A DNA stretch of 64,000 nt, from assembly GCA_963728405.1 (NCBI GenBank), contig CAVSJV010000002.1, forward strand, positions 192,001-256,000. The letters run 5' to 3'. The stretch is from Methanomassiliicoccaceae archaeon (lineage in GTDB: Archaea; Thermoplasmatota; Thermoplasmata; Methanomassiliicoccales; Methanomassiliicoccaceae). The notes beneath the pieces were generated by a model. That model saw only the letters and a program-made list of their open reading frames with translations. It was not told the origin of the DNA and searched no databases. Positions 1 through 10,139 of this stretch are shown here, in pieces. A program made the translations under genes and the position numbers. Within the stretch, counting starts at the first letter, position 1; each line of letters opens with the position of its first letter.

Positions 1-1
1 T

Positions 2-817
2 CTCTTCGATTGCGGGGAGGGTACTCAGCGCCAGTTCATGCGCTCCCCCGTGTCGTTCATGAAGGTATCTCACATCTTCATCTCCCATTTCCATGGAGAC
101 CACTTCCTGGGCCTCCCAGGCCTGATACAATCGATGAACTTCTCTGGTAGGGAGGCGGAGCTCCATGTGTTCGGACCGGAAGGTATGATCGAACTTACTA
201 AAACCATCCTCTCATTGGGCTACTTCCAGCCCTCCTTTAAGATCTTCGCTGGCGAGCTGAATGACGGGGACCAGGTGGACCTCGGTAGCTACACCGTAAC
301 CGCCCTGGCTGGCGAGCATTCGGTGCCTGCTCTCTCCTTCGTGGTGGAGGAAAAACCTCGCCAGGGCCGGTTCCTTGTCGAACGGGCCATAGGGCTAGGC
401 GTTCCGCCCGGTCCGTTGTTCAGCCAGCTACAGTCCGGTATGGAGGTACGGATCGGGGACCGGGTCATCGAGCCAGAAATGGTCATGGGTCCGTCTCGGC
501 CGGGCCGCAAGGTAGTGATATCGGGCGATACCCGCCCGACCGCCCGGCTGACCATGGCGGCCAGGGGGGCCGATGTTCTGGTGCACGAGGCCACCCTGGA
601 CTCATCCCTTCAGGAGGGTGCCCGGGACTATGGGCACTCCACCGCCAAAGAGGCCGCGGAAGTGGCCAAGGAGGCTGATGTCGACCTCCTGGTCCTCACT
701 CATATCTCCAACCGCTACGAGGATACTTCCGTCCTGGAGAACGAGGCCAAGGCGATATTCCCCCCGACGATGACCGCGGTCGATATGATGGTCGTCCCGG
801 TCAAGCTGAAGAACTAA
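2..817 (+). CDS. rnz: Ribonuclease Z (5' end outside window)
   Basis: Frame is open from base 2 (LFDCGEGTQRQ); HFHGDH metallo-beta-lactamase motif, GVPPGP exosite, SGDT, HEAT and THIS motifs. Confidence 0.95.
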   Translation, partial: LFDCGEGTQRQFMRSPVSFMKVSHIFISHFHGDHFLGLPGLIQSMNFSGREAELHVFGPEGMIELTKTILSLGYFQPSFKIFAGELNDGDQVDLGSYTVTALAGEHSVPALSFVVEEKPRQGRFLVERAIGLGVPPGPLFSQLQSGMEVRIGDRVIEPEMVMGPSRPGRKVVISGDTRPTARLTMAARGADVLVHEATLDSSLQEGARDYGHSTAKEAAEVAKEADVDLLVLTHISNRYEDTSVLENEAKAIFPPTMTAVDMMVVPVKLKN

Positions 818-864
818 CAGGGGTCGCAAGGGTTTATGGCCCCCCTCTACCAATTTTCATATGA

Positions 865-2160
865 GTGAAGATGGACGGAAGGAACATCGTTGTAGATCGT
901 CTCTCATCGGAACCCGTATCAAAAGGACGGACCGAGCTGGTGGAGAGAAAAGGGATCGGTCACCCCGATAGCATCGCCGATGGAGTGGCCGAGGCAGTGT
1001 CCAGGGAGCTTTCCAAGAGGTACATGGCCGAATGCGGCGGGGAGATCCTTCATCACAATGTGGACCAGGACGAAGTTTCTGGTGGTCAGTCCCGACCACG
1101 ATTCGGAGGCGGTGAGCTGCTAGAGCCTCCCTACATCTTACTTTTGGGAAGGGCTGTGGACGAGGCCACATTCCTGGACGGCCACCGGGTCAAGTTCCCG
1201 GTCCGGCAGACGGCGGTCCAGGCGGCCAAAGATTACCTATATCGCCAATTCCACGACCCCGAGCTCGTCAGGGATAGCGGCGTGGACATTGCCAACAGCA
1301 TCATCGTGGATTGCCGGATAGGCCGGGGTAGTCAGGACCTGCTGCGTAATTACCTAAAGGCCGAGGCGTCCTGTCAAGGGGGCGGGGAGCGCTCCTGCCG
1401 ACCGGCCAATGACACCTCGTTCGGAGTGGGGTTCGCACCCTTGACCGAAACTGAGCGTCTGGTTCTGAATATCGAGAGGTACATGAACGATGAGATGAGG
1501 ACGCGGGACGGCATCACGGCTGCTGGGAGGGACATCAAGGTGATGGCCGCCCGGCACGGTAACAAAGTGTCGCTGACCATCGCCTGCGCCATGATCGCAT
1601 CCCGGCTGTCCAGTGCGGCCGAATACCGCAACACCATAGCTCAGGTCCGATCGCTGGTGGTGGAGAAAGCGAAGGAGTATACCGAGCACGACGTGGAAGT
1701 GACAGTCAATCATGCCGACGACAATGGCAGTGAGGAGGCCAGTGATTACTATTTGACGGTGACCGGGCTGTCCGCAGAGAACGGCGACGACGGTTCGGTA
1801 GGCCGGGGAAATCGAGTCAACGGGCTTATTACGCCTCATCGGCCCATGAGCATGGAAGCGGCGGCCGGTAAAAATCCGGTCACTCATGTCGGGAAGCTCT
1901 ATAATGTCCTGGCCAATCGGATCGCGGAGAAGATAGCTCAGGAGGGAGGCGAGGAGATCAGTGAGGTTCGGGTGCGGTTGCTTTCCCAGATCGGAAGCCC
2001 GATCGATCATCCGGCGCTGGCCAGCGTGGAGATCTGTGCTGAAAGCGATTCGACGTACCGGCGATGGGAGGTCAAGGCCAGGGAAATAACGAATTTCGAA
2101 CTGGAGAAAATAGAGGACCTTACACAACAAATTGTTTATGGGCAAATCGCAGTATTCTGA
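865..2160 (+). CDS. mat: Archaeal-type methionine adenosyltransferase
   Basis: ERKGIGHPDSIADG, ANDTSFGVGFAP, GSVGRGNRVNGLITP and MEAAAGKNPVTHVGK motifs. Confidence 0.95.
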   Translation: MKMDGRNIVVDRLSSEPVSKGRTELVERKGIGHPDSIADGVAEAVSRELSKRYMAECGGEILHHNVDQDEVSGGQSRPRFGGGELLEPPYILLLGRAVDEATFLDGHRVKFPVRQTAVQAAKDYLYRQFHDPELVRDSGVDIANSIIVDCRIGRGSQDLLRNYLKAEASCQGGGERSCRPANDTSFGVGFAPLTETERLVLNIERYMNDEMRTRDGITAAGRDIKVMAARHGNKVSLTIACAMIASRLSSAAEYRNTIAQVRSLVVEKAKEYTEHDVEVTVNHADDNGSEEASDYYLTVTGLSAENGDDGSVGRGNRVNGLITPHRPMSMEAAAGKNPVTHVGKLYNVLANRIAEKIAQEGGEEISEVRVRLLSQIGSPIDHPALASVEICAESDSTYRRWEVKAREITNFELEKIEDLTQQIVYGQIAVF

Positions 2161-2162
2161 GC

Positions 2163-2747
2163 GTGAAGCTCATTGTTCGGCCTAAGTACGGGCCCTTGTT
2201 CCGCTTCAGTGATTACCACGTTTACAAGACACTGTCATTGCTATCGGATGGCCGTAGAAAGGGCCGCAAGCTGATGGCCGACCGTATCGGTGTGGGCGAG
2301 GGGAGCATGCGAACGATCATAGACCATCTTAGGGATGAGGGGCTGATCGATGTCAAGCAGACCGGCATCAAGATCAGTAAGAAGGGCCAGGACTTCATCA
2401 ACCGGCTCCCCCTCCAGGTCTATAAGCTGGAGATATCGGACATCACCTTGGGTCAGGAATCGGTAGCCGTGCAGATCAAAGGCGTCGCCTCCAAGATTAA
2501 GTCGGGAATGGAGCAGCGCGACCAGGCCATAAAGGCTGGCGCGGACGGAGCTACTACGATCATCGTCAAGGGTGATAGGCTGACCGTTCCGGTGGACTTT
2601 GATCTTGACAAAGATCGTCCCGAGATCGCCGATGCCATACGGCGTCTGTTCGACCTTTCCGACGGGGACATGGTCATCGTCGGTACTTCGGAGGACCTCC
2701 AGCGGGCCGAAGAAGGTGCTCTGGCGGCGGCCTTCGAACTTCTCTAG
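2163..2747 (+). CDS. Winged-HTH protein, DUF4443/DUF2111-like putative regulator
   Basis: GTG start 2 nt after the mat stop; GRKLMADRIGVGEGSMRTII HTH; GMEQRDQAIKAGADGATT motif. Confidence 0.75.
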   Translation: MKLIVRPKYGPLFRFSDYHVYKTLSLLSDGRRKGRKLMADRIGVGEGSMRTIIDHLRDEGLIDVKQTGIKISKKGQDFINRLPLQVYKLEISDITLGQESVAVQIKGVASKIKSGMEQRDQAIKAGADGATTIIVKGDRLTVPVDFDLDKDRPEIADAIRRLFDLSDGDMVIVGTSEDLQRAEEGALAAAFELL

Positions 2748-4832
2748 TCGGGCTGAAGGAGCCGGGCAAAGGTCTCCGGATCGGCCGTTTCCGGCAGACA
2801 GGCCCGGTCGGAACAGACATGGGCCATGGCCTTTCCATCCTTCATCGCCTGCCCCTGCACCAAGGGGGATAGCTCCTTTATCCCCTCCCCCTTCTCGCCC
2901 GGCTCCACCAGCAGGGTGACCTTGTTGGGCACGAAGCGCGGACCAAGCTCCTTGAAGAAGCGGTGGGTATCCTCCCCGTCCCTCATCCCGGCGATTACGA
3001 TGGAATAGGAAGGCCCTACCTTGAGGTCCACCGCATTGAGGAACTGGGCGTAGTTGTCAGGGGAACGGAAGATGGTGCCCGAGAAGGCGGTGACCATGGT
3101 CTCGGCCCGTTCGATCAGATCGGGGTCTTCGATGATGCGGAATAGCAGAAGGAGATCCAATAGGGCTATGGAATTGCCCGATGGCAGGGCCCCGTCGTAG
3201 ATGTCCTTTCGCCGGCGGACCACGTCCATAGCATTTTCCTCGGTCTGGAAATAACCTCCATTCTGGGAGTCCCAGAACCGTTCGTTCATCGAACGGACCA
3301 GACCTCTGGTCTCCCTCAACCATCGGATGTCATGATCTGCCTGGAACAGCTCGAGAAGCCCCCACGCCATGAACGCCTGATCGTCCAGGAAACCCGGCAC
3401 TGCCGATGGACCGTCTTTATAGACGTGAAGCAGGGGGCCGTTCGTTGAGCGCATGTTGCCCAGGATGAAAGATGCCGCTTTCTTCGCTGCATCAACATAC
3501 CTTGGCTCGAGAAGGGCCCCTCCCGCTCGGGACAGTGCGGCGATCATGAGGCCGTTCCAATCGGTCATGATCTTATCATCGAGAGCAGGGGGTGTTCTTC
3601 CTTCCCGCGCCGAGAGCATCTTCTTCATGGCCCCCTCCAGCAGCTCATCGGGCCTCGTGTTCTGCCCCGTCAGGTGCAGCACATTCTTGCCCACGAGGTG
3701 GCCGTGCTCACCTTCGCGGACGTTCCCTTCCTCGCTGAGCCCCAGCTCCCGCTGCACGACAGCGAGCTCCTCCGGTTCCAGGACCTTCCGGGCCTCTTCC
3801 TCGGTCCAGAAATAATACATGCCCTCTTCGTCTTCGCTATCAGCGTCCAGGGCGGAGTAGAACCCTCCCTGGGGCGAGGTCATGTTCTCCAGCACGTAAT
3901 CCAGCACCTCCCGGACGGTCCGGGCATGCTCTTGGTTCCCGGTGGCCTGCCAGCCTTCGACGTAGGCGATGACCAGCAGTGCCTGGTCGTACAGCATCTT
4001 CTCGAAGTGGGGGACCAACCACCTTTGATCAGTGGAATAGCGATGGAATCCCTTTCCCAGCTGATCGAATAGCCCTCCCCGCCTCATGGCCTGAAGGGTC
4101 TGGTCGGCCATCCACAATGCCTTACTGTCGCCGACCCGATTCCAAAAGCGTAGCAATAATGTTAGACGGTGGGGGGTGGGGAACTTCGGAGCGGTCCCGA
4201 ATCCCCCATACTCCTCGTCGAAGCTTTCCATCATATGCTGGAACGCGTCCATTAGAGTTTCTTCTCCCAGCCCTCCGCCCGCGGACGATGCCTCCAGCTC
4301 GTTCAACGCCGATTGTACCTTCTCTGAGGTGGCCTCGATCTCACCTCTTCTGTTCTTCCAGAAGTCCGCCACCACATGTAGGAAATTGGTTAGCCCGATC
4401 ATCCCGAACTTAGGCTCCTTAGGGATGTACAGTTGCAGCAAAGAATGGTTTCTTGTCCGGAGTGAGGACCAGGGTCAACGGCCACCCTCCACTCCCGGAG
4501 AGCACCTGGGCTGCGCTCATGTATGTGGCGTCAATGTCAGGCCGCTCCTCCCGGTCGACCTTGACCGGCACGAAATGCTCGTTAAGAAGGCGGGCCACCT
4601 CCTCATCCTCGAACGATTCCCGCTCCATTACATGGCACCAGTGGCAGGAGGAATAGCCTATCGACAGGAAGATGGGTTTGTCCTCGTCCTTGGAACGTTG
4701 GAAGGCTTCCTCTCCCCAAGGGTACCAATCAACGGGGTTATGGGCGTGCTGGCGCAGGTATGGGCTCTTCTCGTTGAGTAATCTATTCGCCTTCCTCTCG
4801 TCCTTATCCATGGCCTGTTCTTTCATGGGCAC
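2744..4832 (-). CDS. Thioredoxin-domain protein, YyaL/SPATA20 family; 1-bp frameshift near 4435
   Basis: N-part: [43 protein letters not shown]-part: [32 protein letters not shown]. The two ORFs abut in different frames. Confidence 0.9.
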
Positions 4833-4889
4833 CCCTCCGATTATCGAAGCGAGGGTATATCAACAAAGGCCGATGAAGCAGCGGAAACC

Positions 4890-5006
4890 CAAAAACGTAA
4901 GTAGGGGCTCCGAGCGCCAGATATCCACGCTCGGCCCCAGTTGGTTTCTCCTCCTGTGGTGATCGAGAGGGTAAGCCTCTCGTTCCCCTATACCTCGTTC
5001 GGTACG
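4890..5006 (-). ncRNA. Candidate structured small RNA
   Basis: Two perfect 7-bp hairpins and an enclosing 6-bp stem; TATA-like element upstream and U-tract downstream on the minus strand; no convincing ORF. Confidence 0.35.
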
Positions 5007-5059
5007 CTTGATGATATTTCAGACCAGAATATATAACGGTATCCATCAATTGTTAATCG

Positions 5060-5081
5060 AAAAAGAAAAGGAAAGGGGTTT
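5060..5081 (-). terminator. Pyrimidine/U-tract terminator after the glutamate synthase gene
   Basis: Minus strand reads AAACCCCTTTCCTTTTCTTTTT about 20 nt after the stop. Confidence 0.6.
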
Positions 5082-5100
5082 ATAACTGGCGGGGGAGCGT

Positions 5101-6717
5101 CTACTCCCAGCACTCAAGGATGCCGGGGATGGTGCGGTTGGCCATCTGGTCGAAGGTTTCGATACCAGTGACCTTGTTGGCGTATTCCGATAGAGAGGCG
5201 ATATCATCTCTCTCTAGCATCTCCAGTTTGAACTTGCGGGAGCCGGCCATCAGCTGCTTCAGGCCCTCACCGATGCGCTCTTCCATGTAAGTGTTCAGAC
5301 CTACTGCGCCCCACGGAATGTCCTTGCCCAGCTTCTTTTTGGGAAACTTCTTCTGGATCTCCGAAGCCTTCACAAAGAAGTTGGACGGGTCCGAAGAATA
5401 CTCGTCGGAGAAGGACTTGGGCAGCTTGCCATTCTCAGCCAGGCGGGCGAAGTACTGGGACTTCATGACTGCCAAGATGGGGGCCCTGGCCATTGCCACG
5501 GCTTTTATCAGGGGGCCGTCGCCAAGGTTGCTCATAGCGATGGACTTGTAGATCTGCGTCTCATTGGTGAACCCGCCGGCGAACACCAGATCAGGGATGA
5601 AGCGACCCTGGGCCTTGAGGATCTTGGCGCACATCAGCACCTCCGCCTCCAGGTGGACGGTCGGGGTGGACATCTCGTTCATCATGGGTACCGGGGACAT
5701 ACCCGTACCGCCGCCTGCGCCATCGAAGGTGAGCATATCGATCTTGGCCTCGGAAGCGGCCTTCATGGTGAATGCTACTACCTCCGGGCGGTATGCACCG
5801 GTCTTGAGGAACACGTACTTGGCACCGGCCTTCCTGAGATTCTCTACATCCTCAACGAAGGACTTGCGCTCCGGGAATCCTACCCGGCTGTGCCTCTCGA
5901 ATGTCTTGAACGCTCCAACCTTGAAAGCCGCCTTGACCGCAGGGTCCTCAGGATCAGGGAGGACCAGATAGCCACGCTTCTTAAGTTCGATGGCCCGTTC
6001 GAGGGTCTTGAGCCTGACCTCGCCGCCGATGGCCTTGGCTCCCTGGCCCCACTTGCGCTCGATGATATTGACCTCTAGCTTGGACAGCACGTACTGATCA
6101 ACGCCGCCCCGCTGGTCCTCCACGTTGGTCTGGACCGCGATGTCGCCGTACTTACCGTCCCACAGCTCGCGGAAGAGAGCGATCCTCCTTTCCATGTCCG
6201 GGGACCTGGTAACCTTTCCCTTACTGTACGTCGAATCGGGGTCCATGCCGCAGACATTCTCACCGATGGTCTCGATGATGCCCGAGAGGGCGGCGCCCTT
6301 GGCCAATCCGTCCCAGTTCCTCTTCGCCACATCAGTAGAGCCCAGGCCAGCGATGACCAGGGGAACCTTCAGGCGGATGGGCTTCTTGGAACGGGTGGCC
6401 ACAGTGGTGGTCACATCAGCGTTCTCGAAGAAGGCCGTGTCAGGGTTGGCCTCAATGCCATAGGCACCAATGAGCTCGGCCAGGATCTGGAAATGGGACC
6501 AGTCCAGCTTAAAATCCTTGTTGGAAGCTGCTGTGCTTTGCCCGAAGTACTCGTTGCTGGGGTACAGCACTTCTCTCCCACGGAATGCGGACTTACCGAC
6601 CTCGCATACCACGGGGCATTCCTCTATGCATAGGGGACACATTCCGGAGACCGGACTGATGTCCTCTACTCTCGTTCTAGTTCCAGTAGTAGACCTTGCG
6701 TTCTCTATCGAAATCAT
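5101..6717 (-). CDS. Stand-alone FMN-binding glutamate synthase family protein
   Basis: KWGQGAKAIGGEV, KTGAYRP, DGAGGGTGMSP, AGGF and AMARAP motifs; N-terminal CxxCxxxCxxxCEVG. Confidence 0.85.
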   Translation of the reverse strand: MISIENARSTTGTRTRVEDISPVSGMCPLCIEECPVVCEVGKSAFRGREVLYPSNEYFGQSTAASNKDFKLDWSHFQILAELIGAYGIEANPDTAFFENADVTTTVATRSKKPIRLKVPLVIAGLGSTDVAKRNWDGLAKGAALSGIIETIGENVCGMDPDSTYSKGKVTRSPDMERRIALFRELWDGKYGDIAVQTNVEDQRGGVDQYVLSKLEVNIIERKWGQGAKAIGGEVRLKTLERAIELKKRGYLVLPDPEDPAVKAAFKVGAFKTFERHSRVGFPERKSFVEDVENLRKAGAKYVFLKTGAYRPEVVAFTMKAASEAKIDMLTFDGAGGGTGMSPVPMMNEMSTPTVHLEAEVLMCAKILKAQGRFIPDLVFAGGFTNETQIYKSIAMSNLGDGPLIKAVAMARAPILAVMKSQYFARLAENGKLPKSFSDEYSSDPSNFFVKASEIQKKFPKKKLGKDIPWGAVGLNTYMEERIGEGLKQLMAGSRKFKLEMLERDDIASLSEYANKVTGIETFDQMANRTIPGILECWE

Positions 6718-7098
6718 AGCATCATCCTCGAATCCATAAAATCCGTGATTGCTGCTGCTAAAAGGGGGTAACGCAGACGACTTTATAATTTTATATCTCG
6801 GCGGATTACTTATATATTGTATTAATATATTGTAAAATCAGGCACTTATGATCGGATTACTTTGCTTTTACTTAGACATTATAAGGCATTTAACCAATAT
6901 GCCTAGTCTAATCGCTATATTTTTCGCTTAGACGAACCGAGGGTAATTCTTTCACAATCTGACCCAAGTGTCCAAGAAAATCAATATTTTCCAACGAATG
7001 TCAAAAACACTCTAGAATTACTTTCGAACAAATCATCCAAAATCGTATTAATGCGATACCTCATCGACCGATCCTATCGCGGTAGGTGAGTTGGAAAG

Positions 7099-8029
7099 AT
7101 GCGGGTCATCGAGATCAATAATCTCAGCAGGTCGTTCGACGGTCGTTTGGTCCTCAACAATGTCTCCTTTAACGTGGAGGAAGGCGAGGTGTTCGGCTAT
7201 CTTGGACCCAATGGGGCCGGTAAGACCACCACCATGCGGATTCTTCTCGGCCTTATCCGCCCGACCACTGGCACCGCCCTGGTTCGAGGGGCGGACCTGG
7301 CCACGAACGACGAGGCCCGCGGCTCGGTCGGGGTGCTCATGGAGAATGATGGCCTATATGACCGGATCTCGGCTTGGGAGAACTTAGACTATTACGGAAA
7401 ATTGTACCAGGTCAAAGATAGGGAGAGGAGAATAGCAGAGCTTCTCGATACCTTTGGACTGGTCGATAGAAGGAACGATAGGGTCTTCACGTTTCTCAAA
7501 AGGGATGAGACGGAAGTTGGGTATCGCCCGGGCCATTATCCACGACCCTGAGATCCTGTTTCTCGACGAACCGACCTCCGGTCTCGACCCAGAGGCCCAG
7601 AAGATGGTGAGGGACATCTTGACCGACTTATCTCGCCGAGAACGAATGACCGTGCTCTTGAGCTCGCACAACCTAGATGAAGTCCAGAAGATCTGCTCGA
7701 GGGTGGCCGTCATAAAGGCCGGAGAATTGAGGGCCTGCGACACGGTGGAGAACCTTCGGGGAGGCCCTGGGACCCACACTCTGACCATCACCACGTCCAC
7801 CGATGACGAGGCCGCAAAGGCCCTCGATGCGAGCCGGAAGATCCCTCTCATCATCAGCGCGCGGGCCGATGGAACGACGATCACGATAAATCATATCGAG
7901 GAGAGCGCCTCAGCCATCATCAGCGAGCTAGTGCACGCGGGAGTGAGGGTGGAAGAGGTCAGAAAGGCGGCGCGCTCCCTTGAGGATGTATATATCGACC
8001 TGGTCAAGGAGCAGGAGGTCGGAGCATGA
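7099..8029 (+). CDS. ABC transporter ATP-binding protein; 1-bp frameshift near 7497
   Basis: Walker A GPNGAGKTT in the first ORF; FSKGM signature, LFLDEPTSGLDP and SSH in the second. Confidence 0.9.
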
Positions 8030-8739
8030 ACATTGACCACATCATGATCGTTGCCCGGAAGGAGCTAAAGGAGATTAGGATCAACAAAGGAACATGGATA
8101 TCGGCCCTCTTCTTCGCTCTCTTCTTTGCCGTTACCAATATCGGCTCGGTCACGGCGGGAGCCCAACCAGGGAAGGCCGTCTCCATCGACTGGTATGTCA
8201 TGTACCTGTCCCTTTTCATCGGCGTGTTCTCGGGATTCATGCTATGTGGGGCGGTGTTCTTCCGAGAGAAGCAGAGCGGCGTGGTAGAGACGCTCCTGTG
8301 CACTCCGCTCAGCCTCAGGTCGATCTGGTTGGGAAAGGTGCTGGGTGTGGCATTGCCATCCTACCTCTTCGCCCTATTCTCCGCGGGAGTCCTTGTCGTT
8401 CTCACAACCATGTCCGTAGGGGCGGTCGCCACGCCCTCCCTGCTGGTCATAGTCCATCTCATCGTCGTGACCCCCTTATTCATAGCCGCCTCGGTCGGGA
8501 TCATAGGTTATATCCAGTTGGCCATGGGGATGAGGGAGAATCGGATCGTGAGCATGGGCATATTCATACTGCTGATCGCCGGTCTGTCCATATCGACAGG
8601 CGTGGTCCAAGGGGATGCTTCCCTGGTTAACACGGTCGTCGTGTCCTTGTTAGCGGCCGCGGTCCTATTGTTCTCTCTGTCCTTCCTGTTGTCGAAGAGA
8701 TTGAACAAGGAGAAGATCGTGACATCCATCCCAGATTGA
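8026..8739 (+). CDS. ABC-2 type permease
   Basis: ARKELKE, REKQSGVVETLLCTPLS, about 6 TM segments; ATGA overlap with the ATPase gene. Confidence 0.88.
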   Translation: MNIDHIMIVARKELKEIRINKGTWISALFFALFFAVTNIGSVTAGAQPGKAVSIDWYVMYLSLFIGVFSGFMLCGAVFFREKQSGVVETLLCTPLSLRSIWLGKVLGVALPSYLFALFSAGVLVVLTTMSVGAVATPSLLVIVHLIVVTPLFIAASVGIIGYIQLAMGMRENRIVSMGIFILLIAGLSISTGVVQGDASLVNTVVVSLLAAAVLLFSLSFLLSKRLNKEKIVTSIPD

Positions 8740-8800
8740 TCTGTTCATGGAAAAATATTTTATTCTAACATTACATATAAACCTCAAAGGGAGGAAAACG

Positions 8801-9070
8801 ATGGTTGATATTAAAGAGGAAAATGGGAAGAGTACTACGACGCTGGTGATAGAGACGATCGCAGCGCTCATGACCGCAGCGTTCGCTTTCGTGGCCGCTT
8901 TAGCCTGGAACACGGCAATCCAAGCTGCGATAGCGCAGGTGTTCCCTAATCCGAACGATCTGACCGGACAGTTCGTTTACGCCATTATCGTCACGATAAT
9001 AGCTGTGGTGGCGATCATCTACATCGGTAGGGTCTTGGCAAAACACAAGGCCAGAGATGCCAAGAAATAA
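8801..9070 (+). CDS. Small 2-TM membrane protein, DUF5654-like
   Basis: LMTAAFAFVAALAWNTAIQ...YAIIVTIIAV pattern; GGAGG RBS before the ATG. Confidence 0.75.
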   Translation: MVDIKEENGKSTTTLVIETIAALMTAAFAFVAALAWNTAIQAAIAQVFPNPNDLTGQFVYAIIVTIIAVVAIIYIGRVLAKHKARDAKK

Positions 9071-9179
9071 TCCGGTCCTAGACCTGAAAACTCTCCTTCC
9101 ATCAACTTTTTTTCATATCGTTAGACTTCAGAAGAGTTTATATCATTTTTCAGGATTTGACCGCCACACGGGTGAGACG

Positions 9180-10139
9180 ATGGGAGACAACAGGGACCTT
9201 TCTGGTTGGAATAAGACGAAGGAAGTTCTCAGGATCGCCTATACGTTGCCGTTCGTGATGGCATCCGTAGTGGGGGTCGTCTTCGCCCTGACTGTGAAAC
9301 AAGAGTGGCTCATATCTCTGCTCATTCCTCTGGACGTCTTCTTCCTAGCGCTCTTCGTCAACTTCTCCAATGATTATTTCGATCACAAGAGCGGCGTTGA
9401 CAAGCTCAGGTTTGCCGAGCACAGCGACCCGGAATTCCAGGCCGAAGTTAGTCAACTTTTCAACCAGAAGGTCTTCTGGTCGGGCAATTCGCTCGACCGG
9501 GGGATAATCACGGAGAAGCAGGGCAAGACACTAATGGCTCTCCTGGCCATTGGCGCAGTTCTGGTTTCTATACCGATCGTCCTCTATGCTGGTTGGGTCG
9601 CCATAATCCTCGGCCTGATCGGCCTGGCCCTGGCCTTCTTCTACACCGCCCCGCCGATAAATCTAGGAGCCCGGGGGCTCGGCGAGGTGGATGTTTTCAT
9701 ATCGTTCTCCATGATGGCCTTCTTCTCTTACTTTGTCATCGTTCAGCAGTTCAGCTGGACGATGCTGTTTCTTGCCCTGGCCATAGGATGCGCGGTCATG
9801 CTAATGCGTCTCTCGGACGAGACTCCCGGTTATGCGTCACATAAGAAGATGGGGGAGAGGGACCTCGTTGTCCGGTTCGGTCTGGAAAAGATATCGACCA
9901 TCGAGATGGCCATCATCATACTGCTTTACGTGTTCGTCGCCCTGGCAGCATTGACCGAACCCTTCATGGTCATCCTCTTCCTGACCCTACCTATGCCGAT
10001 CAAGGCGTTGAGGATGCTGAAGACCAACGATCGGCTCCGATTTTGGAGGCCCATACCTCAATTCCTGAAGCTTGCCGTTGCCATCGAGCTGCTGGCCATC
10101 ATCGCTTTGATAGCGCGAACCGTCTGGACATCTTTGTGA
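9180..10139 (+). CDS. UbiA-superfamily prenyltransferase, MenA-like
   Basis: NFSNDYFDHKSGVD Asp-rich motif, FYTAPP...GLGE, about 9 TM segments. Confidence 0.8.
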   Translation: MGDNRDLSGWNKTKEVLRIAYTLPFVMASVVGVVFALTVKQEWLISLLIPLDVFFLALFVNFSNDYFDHKSGVDKLRFAEHSDPEFQAEVSQLFNQKVFWSGNSLDRGIITEKQGKTLMALLAIGAVLVSIPIVLYAGWVAIILGLIGLALAFFYTAPPINLGARGLGEVDVFISFSMMAFFSYFVIVQQFSWTMLFLALAIGCAVMLMRLSDETPGYASHKKMGERDLVVRFGLEKISTIEMAIIILLYVFVALAALTEPFMVILFLTLPMPIKALRMLKTNDRLRFWRPIPQFLKLAVAIELLAIIALIARTVWTSL

